From contig JAYWIR010000031.1 in NCBI GenBank assembly GCA_036172245.1, forward strand, positions 1,054,001 to 1,118,000: a stretch of DNA of 64,000 nt, read 5' to 3'. Shown piece by piece: positions 27,120 to 39,000 of this stretch; positions within the stretch are counted from its first letter, which is position 1; every line of letters begins with the position of its first letter. The DNA comes from Raillietiella orientalis (Eukaryota). The translations under genes and the position numbers were made by a program. The notes under the pieces are model-generated. The model was given only the letters and a program-made list of their open reading frames with translations, ran no database searches and was not told where the DNA came from.

Positions 27120-27740
27120 AGAGCCTTCTCTTGGGGGTTCCATCAAGCACATTAGTCACTCAATGGGGATGCTACCTAGGGAATTTTCCATCGAGTACCA
27201 TGGTTCTCCATCGAGGGGAATGATCCATCGAGGGGATCATGCAGCTGGTTGACTGATACCTCTCCAGAGTGTCCAGAAGTGCTTCGGGAAGCGATCGTTC
27301 AGAGAAATTTGAAAGCGTTCCCACGGGGTTCTCTTCAGAAGAAAAACAAGGAGAAGATTGTTCCCTTCGGAGAAGAAACAAGGGAGCGGCTCCTTCCGGA
27401 GGGTCCTTGCAAAGAAAACAAGAGTGGTTTCCTTTGGAGCTCCTTTCCGAGACAACCAGGGCAACGGCGCCCTTCTGGATTCCCTATCTAACTCAAGAGA
27501 GGAACGGACTCCTTCCTCGGGAGCTTTCCTGGATTCGAAGGATAGTCTTTCCGCAGTTACCCCCTAAATTGAGGAGTTATCACGTGCTCTTGGGTGGAGT
27601 GTACAATGTTCAAAAGCTTTCTGAGACACCTCTAAGTAGACAAACGATTCTTCAGCACTCAGTGAACCAATAAAAAAAAAAGACTGAAAAATAAAATCTG
27701 GAAGGAAAGCAGGGAAAACAGAAGGACCTAAAAGAATTTC
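27120..27740 (+). mobile_element. Repeat X2: decayed ORF1-like segment (5' boundary approximate)
   Basis: Homologous to X1 and X3 (shared gggttctcttcag, caaccagggcaa, ggactccttc, gagtta.cac, ttcttcag; peptide LRSYH..LGGV..RQTILQH). Ends at gaatttc-catcatccag. Confidence 0.7.
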
Positions 27741-27753
27741 CATCATCCAGAAC

Positions 27754-28668
27754 TCCCCTTGCCTTATTGCTGACTTTCTTCAGGGACGCAAGGGACAGCG
27801 TGATCTCGGCAATGTGGGAAGTAACGTGCTGCATAGCAGCAAAAAAGAAACTTCTGGGGAAGTGGAGAAGTCGGGGAGTCACGGCCGCTGCGACCCCGAG
27901 TTTACCACCCCATGGACTTGTACTCTGGGGAGAGTTGCTCAGCCTCCGGAAGAGGTGAAACGGCCGCTGCGTGCTGGAACAGTGGCGCCTTCCCTTTCAA
28001 GAGAGGAGGAGTCGATGTTGTTGGTGTTGCATGGAGGAATCCCGTGCAAAGCACTCCTTCGCCACTGGATACGAGGGAGCGTGGGTGCTCAGCGCGACAG
28101 GTGCGGGGAGAAGGAAATCCTCCGTCACCTTCTGGTGGACTGTGCTGCCCTTCGATCCCTTTGGGTCTCCTCGTAATGACCCTAGGATTTCCAGTGGGCG
28201 GCCCTGGGGACATTTTCAGACGCCTCTTTGCGTGTGCCGCACTGCTGCCAGCCGCGTCCCTCACAGTCCTCTGCGGTCTTCACGGGATCACGATGGCCTG
28301 AAACTCCAGAAGAGGAGGCCGAAATGGCAACGGCACCATCCACTGGACGCAGATCTTCCTTGAAAGCGCCTCGAGATGGCCCCACCCGGACGATATACAG
28401 ATGGAACTTGCCAGTATCCTGAACAGGATACAGAGGACGCTGGGTAGCGGACTGTGATCCTTTCTTCGGTCCCTCCCTCCTTCCCGTGTATAAATCCTTC
28501 TCCTCTGTTTTCGTGTGTTTATTTTTTGGTGTATGTTTTTGTTTCCCCTTCCCTCGCGCTGCCGGTCTTCGGCAGGTTCATTGCACGTGGTAGAACCAAG
28601 GGTTCTACTACACCAATGTATTTTTATTACTTTCCGTAAGAAATGTCCCGGCATAACCGGGTGATAAT
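27754..28668 (+). mobile_element. Degenerate 5'-truncated LINE ORF2 3' fragment, copy C
   Basis: PLALLLTFFRDARDS..AAATPSLPPHGLVLWGELL..CGEKEILRHLLVDCAALRSLW with frameshifts; 3' hairpin at 28587-28611. Perfect 13-bp TSD catcatccagaac at 27741-27753 and 28669-28681. Confidence 0.9.
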
Positions 28669-31600
28669 CATCATCCAGAACAAGTCAACAAAATGTGCTA
28701 TGAGTGACTCTACAGAAATGGTTGCTTCGGCTTAGAGTCATTTGTTCCAACAACCGCAGTCATTCGGATTTATGAAAGTTACCCATGCAGCAGGATTTCT
28801 TGCTTGGCTGCAGGATCGTCAATAGTTCAGGAAGAGACCAATTCAAACAAGAAAACAGATGAAGCAGTAAATTATTCTGCAGCAATTATGCACTTCTGAT
28901 GCGATGTTTGGAAGAGCCATCATCGGAGGGGATTCAACTCTCTTGATTTCAAGTATCATCAGCTTCCTTGGAAATGTTTCTTGCTGTTAGAGCAGAAATT
29001 GGAATGCCATGATGCGCCGGTCTTGAGCTGTTGACACGGAACACCTACAGAACCACGGAGGATCGTAGTAGATCGTCTGCAGGAAATCGGAAACCGTATG
29101 AAAGTTGAGATCTGTCAGTGATGACAGAAGGGACTTTGGAAAATGAGAATTTCTCTGAATCTCTGGACTTTCCTTCTCTGATGCATAGACAGAGAAGTGA
29201 GTCAGTCTTCCGTACAACGCGGGGGGTATGTTCCCCGTGTAATACGAAGCCTATGGATTGTGCATGGATAACACGATAGTATTTACAAAAGAGTAAAAAA
29301 TGCATCTTGAAAGCTATGACAGTAGAATATCTATTATTTCACTTTAAATCAAAAAGAATTATCAAAGGTGCTCTTTAACTGAAAGTTGAAAAAAAAAAAA
29401 AAAAAAGCTCTTATAGTTTTGTGGATATTTAATCAATGCAAGCAATTGTATGGTTTCAGCTCTATCACTGATGGATCATGTAGTAGCTTCCTGCCCTATT
29501 TTGTTCACGGATATTTGGGTGGAACAGAATTCAACCCACTTAAATCACTTGCTTTTATTCCCTTTAAAAAGGACTGAACTGACCCTCAGATTGAAATTAA
29601 TTCACAGCGCGGTGCAGGGCTGCCGTACGAGCGTCTCCACATTTGCGCCGCGTTGTACGAACCCGCGTTGTACTGGTCGGGTGTACCGTGCCCGAAAGTG
29701 GAAAGAGAACATTTGGAGATTCTTGTATCCATCGGTTTTTGAACGGCGGATCTGCGGGATGGAATTCGGCATACATTCGTCCTTTTCCCAGAATTTTTCA
29801 AAACGAAAACGCACTTCCGTATCTCTCATATGGGCAAATTGATTCAACAGAATTGAAAAATTCATTCATCCCTGTTTTTGTTTTTTCATTTGAAAATGGG
29901 CGTGCATTCTAAGATTTTGGAAAAAAATCTCGTTTCTAATAGGTATCTCGAGATATTGGTTTTACTTGCTTAGGGGTTCACTGCATTTCACATATGCAAT
30001 GAGCTCTTGCATTCTAACTGTTCATCTGTAATAGCACCGTCAATGATCTTCTAAATGTCATGTTGAACTCTTTTCACTCGCGTTGCATCCGTAATTTGGT
30101 CACTGATTATCTGCTAGAAGGGCAGATCTGAGCGCAGAAAGGAAGAGGAAAAAAAACGCACACCCACACGCACGGACACGTTGTCACAAGAAGTTTCTTT
30201 GGATCGCTGGTGCAAGCAAAGATATTCATCTGCAATGATGTTTGGCGATCACACACTCACTGCAATCCGTCATTCTTATGAAGAAGTTGACCTGTTTCAA
30301 GGAAGATTCACGCATTCAGCATCTGTTAACTGATACAACGAAACTTTGAGTTTTTAATGGGTAGCTGAGGATGTCTTAGGAGGAGGAGGATATTGGAAAA
30401 TGGTTACTGCAAGGGTAATTCTTTTTTACGCCGAACCTCCGAAATCACGTTGAAATGCAGAGCACCTCCAGCAGCAAACTTCGAATGATGACCAATTCTG
30501 TTGTTTGGCTGACCACAACAAAGCCCGCAGGAAGGAAACGGGAAGAAAGTCCTGAATCTTCGACCGAAGGACTGATTTCTGCTTTCGACAGCGGCTGCCA
30601 GTAGAATTTCAGGAGCAGAAAGAGTTTGCTCTTGAACAGTTTGCTCCAGTGCCGTTTCGTGCTTGGCATGTGAACCGACGGTATCAGCTGATGCTCAGAG
30701 TACAGAGAAGAATCGGGAGATTTTCTGATTCGCACTGAAATCACAGCAGAGGTTGGTCCGGACACTGGAGATCCCAAAACCAGGCCGTCCCTCATGACCT
30801 ATGTCCAGTCATTTTGAAACTGTTGCTGCGCATGGCACGGGAACCACATTCTTCTAAAATCCCAAGGCCTTGCTAGCTTTAGAACAGGGATCGAAGCTGC
30901 TGGAAGCTTCTCTTCCGGCTTTTCAAACGAAGTTGTTGATTTCATGTGACTGGAGTGATCCTCGATTGGTATTATTTTTTAGAGAAAGATGCAAACTGGA
31001 ACGAGCAGTAAAAGAAAAACTTGGCAACGAAAACTATTATAGAAGTGTCATTGGAGCTCTCGAGATGAAACTATTCATCCTACGTCTAAAATCGCGTTGG
31101 GAAATCGTTCACTACTGAAATTCTTTTTTTTCGGAAAAAAAAATTCATAAGAGTGTCAATTTTTCTTTTTTAGTGATTCTGCTCCTTTCTCATATTTATG
31201 ATTATCAATGTAACCTTCAGTGAAGTGTGTGCGCGAAAATAATACGGAACTCCAGCGTTGCACCCTTACTGCATTGGTCATGAGGTAGAGTGGCTTGAAG
31301 AGTCGTCTGGCTTCTGGGGAAGAAGGCAACCAGGAAAAAAGAACTGGCTGCCTTTTTTCACCGTTCATCAACCCACTGCAACGCCGCGATCTTAGGACCC
31401 GACCGTCTTCGTAACGCTGCTGCCAACCGTTCATCAGATTCCATCCCGGAGCTGTCAGCAGCCAAGATTGCCTCTTCCCTTGCTCCTTGTGAAAAGGATG
31501 TTTGATGAAGACGGTCCTCCGGTTTCGGCGCCAACTTGTGATTAACGGGAAGACCGCGAGCTCAGCTTCATGCGGCATGGAGTATCTTTCTGTTCAGGGT

Positions 31601-32049
31601 CTCTCTGGGCCTTTGCTCCTTTCTGGTGCTCCATCCTAACAGCTGCTGACGGCGCAAGTTTCTTGCTCTTTGACCTTTCAGCGTGCGGAAACGGAGGCGT
31701 CCACTCGTTTGCTGCTTGGACGTCATTCTAATGGGAATCGCGAAGGAAATCCGGTGCGGAAACGAGCGCCGCCGTCCGAGTCTGTCTGCAAACACTGGAA
31801 ATCTCCAAAGCAGCTCTTGCAATTTCCAGGATTAATGCCTCTTGATGATGGCCGTGCTTGCCCGTTAGCAGGCATCGGGGCCACTGCTCCTTTGCGCGCC
31901 AAGGAGAATCCGGGTTGGACTTTGCCGGATGGAAATCCTATCTGGACGTCAATCGCAGTCTGGACTGCGGCGTTCTCTTTTTTTTTTATTGAGCAAGAAT
32001 ACGTGCAGAGCAAGCATTCCTGGAGAGCAAAACGAAACTTCACTTTCCT

Positions 32050-33300
32050 GATGATGGAAATCCCTACTTCCCTTCCGGCTTTCGCTTTTTTGTTTTTTCG
32101 ATGGTCGGGTGGCCCTCGCTGCACAGAACCGGCAGCCCTTCGAGAAGCCCGGGGAACTTCCCCGCCTCGAGCCTATTGTCCCGATTCCGAGTGGGGAACT
32201 GTTTCCCTCCGGGCCTCCTGTGCTCCTGGAGATCGACTGAAGAACCGTTCGTCTCCTTAGGGGTGGCTCATAAGACCTTTTAGGCACCGTCCACGCCATC
32301 CGTGTGGTAACTCCCTAAGTTAGGGACCACTCTATGAATTCAGGAAGGGACTCCAGAGGAAGGAGTCCTTCCCTCTCTTACGCCCGGTAGGGAATCCGGA
32401 AGGGAACCCTTGCCCTGGTTGCCTCCGAAGGGAATGGGACCCTGAAAGAATCCTCTTCTTTGTTTTGTCCGAGATGGTCCCCCGGAGGAGACTACTCCTC
32501 GTTTCTTCTGCGAAAGGAGCCCGGAAGGATGTGCTCCTGAACCTCTTCTCCGTAGGGAACTTGCAAGGGAACCGCTCCTTTCCTCCTCTGAAGAGAACCC
32601 TGAACCCCGATTCGCTGAAGGGTAGCTCCCGGAAGAGAGGGGCACGCTCTTACACTTTGGAGAGGCAATCACATGAGGGATGCGGAGGTGTCAACCAGCT
32701 TTACAGTACACGATGGAAGCCTTGTTTTCCCAAGAGAAGGGGAACCAGCTCATTGATTCTCGGAGAGTCAGCTTCCAGGCTCGGCCAGTCAACGGAGGCA
32801 TCTGGTTTTCTACCAGTGTGGCCGCACCCGAAGCCTGTACAACAACCGACATCATCCTGCGGGGGGAAGGGGGGATGTGACCACTTTAAACCCATGACAC
32901 AGCTCTTTCTCGAAGAGACGACCCTCCACGTGGAGATTCGAACCTGCAACGCTAGCGGAGGCTGCGGCCTCCGCAACCACCAGCGCGGTCTCGACTTCGG
33001 TGAGCGGAATCCCGCCCAGATGGAAATCCCGGATAGACTTTCGTTGGGACGTTGCTCGCTCCAGACTGCTGTTCCTTTATTGCGTAGAGATACATACAGA
33101 GTGAGGATTCCTCTTGATCGAAACGGGATTTTTGCAAATCGGGGAGCGAGAATTCGAGAATATTCCTCAGGTGGCGGTGATGATACGGCAGCAGCTCTGT
33201 CATCTCCAAGGTGCTGGGTGGCAAGAAACTAGTGGACCAACCATTCCAGGATGCAGGCGTGACAGGCGGCGAATTTATTTTTTTTTCTTTATCATGTGAG
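32050..33300 (-). mobile_element. Repeat X3: longest ORF1-like copy, with no ORF2 fragment following (5' boundary approximate)
   Basis: Frameshifted peptide KSIRDFHLGGIPLTEVETALVVAE..QMPPLTGRAWK..FSWENKASIVYCKAG*H resembles the RRM plus degenerate zinc-knuckle layout of L1-type ORF1p. Ends at gatttccatcatcagg, like X1. Confidence 0.6.
32107..32234 (-). repeat. Diverged partial copy of the neighbouring gene embedded in X3
   Basis: 32107-32181 aligns to 33896-33970 and 32182-32234 aligns to 34067-34119 (DLQEHRRPGG..DNRLEAGKFPG versus DLQEHRRSGG..DNRLEAERFPG), with the 96 bp between missing. Confidence 0.85.
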
Positions 33301-33666
33301 ATCTCCTGGGCACTCCTGAGCGAGTCACCTTTTACTGGAGCCACAGCCTCCGGCTCTCAGCGTGGTTTGTTCCACAGTTGCTGTTATTTCCGTGATCGGC
33401 GTTCCTTGAAGATTGCCAACTGGTAAAGCGCTTTCGGGAGGCGACGGAAGCAGGCGTCGGAATCCAATCGGGATTGCGGCCACTAACGTCCACTTCCTCC
33501 CGTGGTTCGGGTCTGGGTCGCCTTGGCAACGGAGCTTCGTCCGGACGACGATTGATTCCGGCCCGCCTCCCACATTCCTCCTTCCACACGATCTGAACGG
33601 ATCCGCGCAGGGATCTCGGGTGGAACCTTCTCCGGAGCGATGGCTGAGGACCTCAGTCGGAGGGTT

Positions 33667-36030
33667 TCAGAAAGGAGGGTACAGAAGGAGTTTGCTCTCG
33701 ACTTCTCCCTGGAGAGGCAAGATGCCAGCGTTTGCAACTGGGATACGGATGAGAGGGATGATGAGACGTTGCCTCGCAATTCCCGCTTTCCCGGTTCGGA
33801 ACGCCCTCTCGTCGGGCACCTCCTGGGATGGCCGGTTCTTCCTGGGAGCGTTCGCGTTCCTCTGCTGCTGCGCGCCGCCGAAGCCCCCGCCGCCTGGGTG
33901 GTCCTCGCTTCGCGGGACCGGTAACCCTCCGGGAGGCCCGGGGAACCTCTCCGCCTCGAGCCGATTGTCCTGAACCACGTGGTTCCTGCTGCCCGAGTGT
34001 CTCCCTGGGACGAACGCATCTGCATCCCGGAAGGGGTCATCGTTCCTTTGCAGTGCCAGCTCGTCACGATCCCGCGCGGCGAACTCCTCCCCGCCGGATC
34101 TCCTGTGCTCCTGGAGATCAGCGGCACGCTCCAGACCCGGATCCTTTCTGCGAAATTCCGAGGCGAAACGGGGTCCCGGAGAATCCCGATCGAAAGAAAA
34201 CGGGGAGAACCCCACCGCTTCCCGGTGGCTCTGGTGGCGGCTGGAGGCGTCCGCACGTGGAGGAGGAGGGGCAGGGCGCTGCTCTTCTGGATCCGGGAAG
34301 CGACCCGCGGACTTGGATGGTGCCGCCTCGCGGGCTCCAGGCGCTCCTGAGAAGGAAGTGGCGAGCTGCTGCTGGGGAACCCGCTCTCGGAAGAGCCCGT
34401 TCTGCTCATCTGCGAAGAGGGACACCTGCTGGCTCGGGAACGGGTTCTCCGGAGCGCCTCTCCGCGGTCCCGGTTGGGTCCCGAGAGAGTCCTTTCGGAA
34501 GAAGCCGCTGTCCGACCGACGCGGAAGCGGGTTTCCATCCTGAAGGAATGAATCGTCTGTTCCCTTCGGGCTCAGGCGGTTCCTCAGTGACTCCCTCGCG
34601 CCGGTGGACCTCTCTTCGCCGAAGGCGCCAAACCCGGGGCCACCTTCCCTCTGTAGGGGGGGGTCGGGCTGCGGGCGCCTCCCGAGCGGAGCCACATCGA
34701 TCTCCTCAAACCCGCTGCCAGGCAACGGATTCCGATGGAGGAGGCGCTTTCTCGCTTCTTCCGGGTGGAACAAGCCTGCGTTCTTCCTGAAGGCGGACCC
34801 GACGCGCTGCTCTTTCTTGCGGACAAGCACGGAGTTGTCCTCGTGGCCGATTCCATCGGCCCCCAAGAAGAGGTCGTTCCCCGGGAACGCTCTCCGGACC
34901 GCAGCCAAGCCCTCGGGGGAATTTCCGCTGAATCTACCGGGTCCTATGGCGTCGGGATTCGGGGGCAGGCGGGGTCGCAGAGCGACCGGAAGGATCGGCC
35001 GCTCTTCTCCGCCTTCGCCCGGCCCGGGAGGGTTCCTCTTGAGGAACGCCCGGTCGGACGGAGGCGCGTCCCGCTGGAGGGGGAAGCTCTCCTCGCGGGC
35101 GGGGGGCAGCCTCTTCGGGACGTTGAATCGGCCGCGTCCGTGGTCGGCCGTCTGGAGGGCACTCTCATCCTGACCGACGCGCAGCCGGCCGTGCCCCTGG
35201 TCCTGGAGGAGGAGTCCGGAAGGAACGGAACCCGACAGCACTGGAGGCGGGATGTCCTCGAGCACGGCAAACGTGAAGCCGGCGCTCCTCCGGCCATCTC
35301 CGGGCAGCGGCAGGGGAGCAGTCAGGAAGCGGAAGTCGGGGATTCCCGCTGCAGGAACGGGGAGGGACGCCGCCGTGTCGTGTCGGCTCAGGGGAGGGAA
35401 CCCTTGGTCAAAGGGCAGCGTCTTCCGCCTGGGGATCTCTCTGTGGATGGCGGCGACGGTGGCCACCGGCGGTGGGCCCTGGCCGGGTAGGCGGGCACCC
35501 AAGGGAGGGAGCCGCGCCGCCGGCCGGAAGCCTCTCTGGGGCCTTTCGGGCTGCCTCGGGACAGGAATGTGCCTTGTCCTGGGTGGCGCCGGATCTTCGA
35601 ACGGGGGGCCGGGCTGCCTCCCAAAGCTGCCGAACCCGCCTTCCCGGTTCCCGAAGTTCGCGAATTCTTCCCGCTTCTTCACGCGGTTTCTTACAGGAGG
35701 AGGCACGCTCGGCACTCGGGGATTCCCGCCTCTTCCGCCGGCGGGGACGCGCGCCATAACGTCCGGCTCCCGGCCGCTGACGGGGGACGGTCCTTCCGGT
35801 GGCATCCCGGAACCCGTGCTCTCCCTCTTTTCCCTGAAGGACCGGAGATCATCGCCTGCAGAGAGCCTGCCCCGCCGGGAACGCGAAGACCATTACCGGG
35901 ATTCCCGAGGGCGAAAGACGTACCTTTGCCGCGGCGCCGGAAGCGTCCCCGCGGATCCGTGGACCAGGAGGCACATCCAGACAAGTAGCTGGGAGCAGAC
36001 GAGGAAGGCCTTCTTGCTCTCCGTCTTCAT
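33667..36030 (-). CDS. Putative secreted ~768-aa intrinsically disordered Pro/Arg/Gly/Phe-rich protein; exons 36030-35924 and 35866-33667
   Basis: ATG at 36030 begins a signal-peptide-like MKTESKKAFLVCSQLLVWMCLLVHGSAG. A phase-matched 57-nt GT-AG intron removes the only in-frame stop and joins it to the 712-aa ORF, which has no Cys or Trp, unlike the overlapping frames. Confidence 0.75.
35867..35923 (-). other. Predicted 57-nt spliceosomal intron
   Basis: Donor AG|GTACGT, acceptor GGGCAG|G, both phase 2; contains the in-frame TAA at 35893-35895. Confidence 0.7.
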
Positions 36031-39000
36031 CCCGACGCTCCTTCGGCCGCGTCCCCGGAGCGATCGGAAGTTTTCTCTGCCGGGGCGATGACGACCCTGC
36101 TCGGTCCGCGAGATTCGGGTCTCGGTCCCCAGCGGTTCATCCGCGAGGTCGAAACGGGGGAAGGAGGGATGAGGTGGGAGGGGTGGGGGGGGAGGGGCGA
36201 ATCCCCCTTTCACTCGGCTTTTCCTTCCACTCGGGCACCGTGTCCTTTCCTGGCGGAGAGGGAGCGGGTCGGGAGCATGGTCAGGCGTGGCCGGGGTGGC
36301 TGGAGAAAAAACACGGGTGAGATCTCGTCGTGAACTGAGCTGCGGGCCGAGCCTCGAGCTTTAAAGACCTGTGGGAGCGCGCGGCGGTAATGGAAGTCTC
36401 AAGGATAAGCAGAGGTCCAAGATCGGGCGCCTGTGCCCGTCCGTTCCGTTTTGGGGGGAGCGCGCGAAACCTCGTCTCGGGTGCACTGGCGGCTGTGCCC
36501 TCCACCTTCCTCGCGCCGGGGGAGCGTATGGCCGTCACGGACGGCTGGGCAGCAGCAGGGTCGGAGGTGTGTTCTCGACCACCGCCTCCTCCTCACGGAG
36601 TTTCCTCCTCCTCCTCCTCGACGTCCCCTTCCCGGCTTCGAAGTCCGCAGGCGTTTCCCCCTTTCCCGAACTTCTTTCCCTTTTTCCCTTCCTTACGCCC
36701 TCCCTTCCCCCCCCCCCCCCCCCACTTTTCCCTCCTCTCCTTTCCTCCTCCGGGGCTGTTTACAGCTTTACGGTCAGGAGGAAGAATTTCCGCCGGGCGA
36801 CCGTGGGCGGCCGCGAGGCGAGTGGGCGCAAAGGTGAAATATTTCTCTCGCCATTGTAGCACTCGAGTTTTCCTTCGCGCGAAGGACGCGCGCTTCGGAG
36901 CGATCTCGTGACAAGGAGGTGCTCGCCTCTCTCCTCTTCCGGGGTGGGATTTTTTTTTTTTTTTTGGACAGCGGCGGCGGGGAGGAGGACGACGATGCTG
37001 CCACGACTACGGAACCCGTCGCCGCTGATCTGCAGCGGCCTGAGCGAGCAGGGAGGGAGGAAGGGGGGGGGGGGGGGGGAGGAAGAAGAAGAAGAGCAAA
37101 GAAAAGGAAAGAAAAGAGAGCATCGGGAACGAAGGGCTCATCAACTCTTTCACAAACCCGACTCCGAGGCGGGCGCGCGCGCACCTCCTGCACCACCACT
37201 CGAAGAGCTGTTTCGTCACCTCGCCAAAAGACGACGCACATCCTTGGGTAGATCCGAGTTGCGTCATTTTGTTTTCCGTGGATGATACGGTTGTTCTATT
37301 TGCGACCGTGGATCGCCGTTCTTCCCCCCTCCCTCTGTGGCGCTTTCCCGCGTGCCCCTCCCCCGTTGCGTGCCGAGAAACGGGTCCACGCGACGGCGGC
37401 GGCGGCGGCGGAGCAGGTTGCGCAACCCGTTGCGAGACCCGCGGGTATTTTTAACGCGATCGCCGCGCCCTTGCGATGCGCCAAGAGCGCCGCTGCCGAG
37501 CGGCCACCCCGGACCCGCTTCTCGGAAAGGTGGAGGCCGGATGGATGAGGGGGGAGGGGAGAACGGATCGTCTCCAGGAAAGCGGGCAGACCGGCCCACG
37601 AGGCTCGGCGAAACCACGCCCGAAGATCCTCGCCGCTTCCCTCCGTGTTTAGGGAGCAGCAGCCGCCTACCGTTAGGATGAATGATCGAGCGAGCATTCT
37701 GCGCAGAAACGGATAGGAGAAGGGGGAGAGGGGAGGGGGGGAAGTACCCTTCGGCCGTCGGCTCAAGGTGGCTTTCTGCGTTCCGGCGCACCACCCAAGA
37801 GCAAGGCGCGCACAACCGTGCAAGCTCTCTCGTCTCTCTTTTAAAGCACAGCTCAGTTCTTCCTTTCTTGCACCTTGCTCGCAGCTCCCTGAAGGCCGAC
37901 TGGCGCCCATGATTCGCTGCTTCATCTCCGTGGCGCCGCTGGAACGTCCTGCGCCTCCTGTTCCTCTCACGTTCGCCAGCGTCGCTGATGAAGTGTGGAC
38001 GATTCCTCGCTCCCATCCGCAAATCGCACCAACGCGGCGTTTCCAAATGTTCTTCGAGGACTGGGAGGGAGTCGCGAACATCCTGGAGCATCCTGGAGCT
38101 GCTCCAGCAAAGGGGAAACTCCGGCACTTTTCAACGATCCTTTGCTTCGAGGGACATCATCCTGACTGCGGGTCGCACTCCGAATGATCTCTGCATCACC
38201 CATCCAAGAAACACGGGATCGCTGGTGAAATCTGTGCCGAAACGATACATGTAGTCCAAATCAAGAATTGTATAAATTCTAAAACTCCGTTCACGGTGAT
38301 CCCTCATGAAATATTTATACCCTCCATTCTCGTGCCAAAGTGGGGCGTGAATTGCGTCTCTCACGTCGTAATTATCGTTCCTCTCCAGCGCATCTCTCTT
38401 GTCGTTTCCCAGGTGATTCCAGTGACGATGAGGAGAGGTTACGGACCCAAAACATAGGTGCATCCTTATTCGAAAATTGTGAGCTCAGGAATTCCTGCAC
38501 CCGCCACGAAAAGAATAAATAAATCGTACGAGGTGGAGCTGTTTGTTTACTCCCCTAAGCCTCTTGCAAGGGAGACAGCACGGGTCGCTCTTGGTAACCT
38601 GCTCCATTTGTGCACATCATAGTTAAGCACGGCTGCCAAAGATGGCATAGTGTTTTGTCTTATTTGTGCCATCCTCGTGCTCCATAATTGCTCTTGTGGC
38701 AGTATGGTCTTCCGTACAGTGCTCCAAATATAAAAAGCATCCCATCTTGGGCGAAAAGGTGCTTCGATCAGAGATCGGCCACGGCAGAGCCACCACCGAA
38801 TGGACAAAGAGGAACGAATCGGTACGTTTCGTTGCGTCAGCTCAAATAGCAGACGCATTCAATTAAGTGATTTCGAAAATGCCCACGACTGATTCCTTTT
38901 AATAGTGTTGCTCATTGAATTTCGAAACGGTTAGACTCCTGGTTGTACAACTTGTTGCACTTCCTTTCGAAATTGCGGAAATTCAAAAAAAAGAGAAAAA

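Larger units (their letters stand above)
33400..38150. promoter_or_regulatory. GC/CpG-rich island covering the secreted-protein gene and its upstream region (poly-C, poly-G, poly-T and purine tracts)
   Basis: Visibly much higher GC and CpG density than the flanks; a regulatory role is inferred only. Confidence 0.5.

Noticed and set aside
29600..29980. Possible MITE family linking AT-rich patches here and at 46.4 kb (shared ataggtatctc)
   Set aside because: Only an 11-nt match; no terminal inverted repeats or TSDs could be shown.
32925..32952. tRNA/B-box-like GGTTCGAATC on the minus strand (also near 25825), suggesting a tRNA gene or SINE head
   Set aside because: The T-stem does not pair, there is no A box or cloverleaf, and the motif lies inside a conserved reading frame (A-G-S-N codons) of repeat X.
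33970..34067. GT..AG segment as an intron that would make the captured fragment a processed cDNA
   Set aside because: It is 98 nt, whereas the missing block is 96 nt. Splicing it would frameshift the gene, and GAC microhomology explains the gap.
33413..37681. Numerous long overlapping ORFs in the GC-rich island (also at 849-2178 and 14572-15828 on the plus strand)
   Set aside because: Shadow frames expected from high GC or from being antisense to real coding sequence; low-complexity R/S/G/P/C/W-rich translations.
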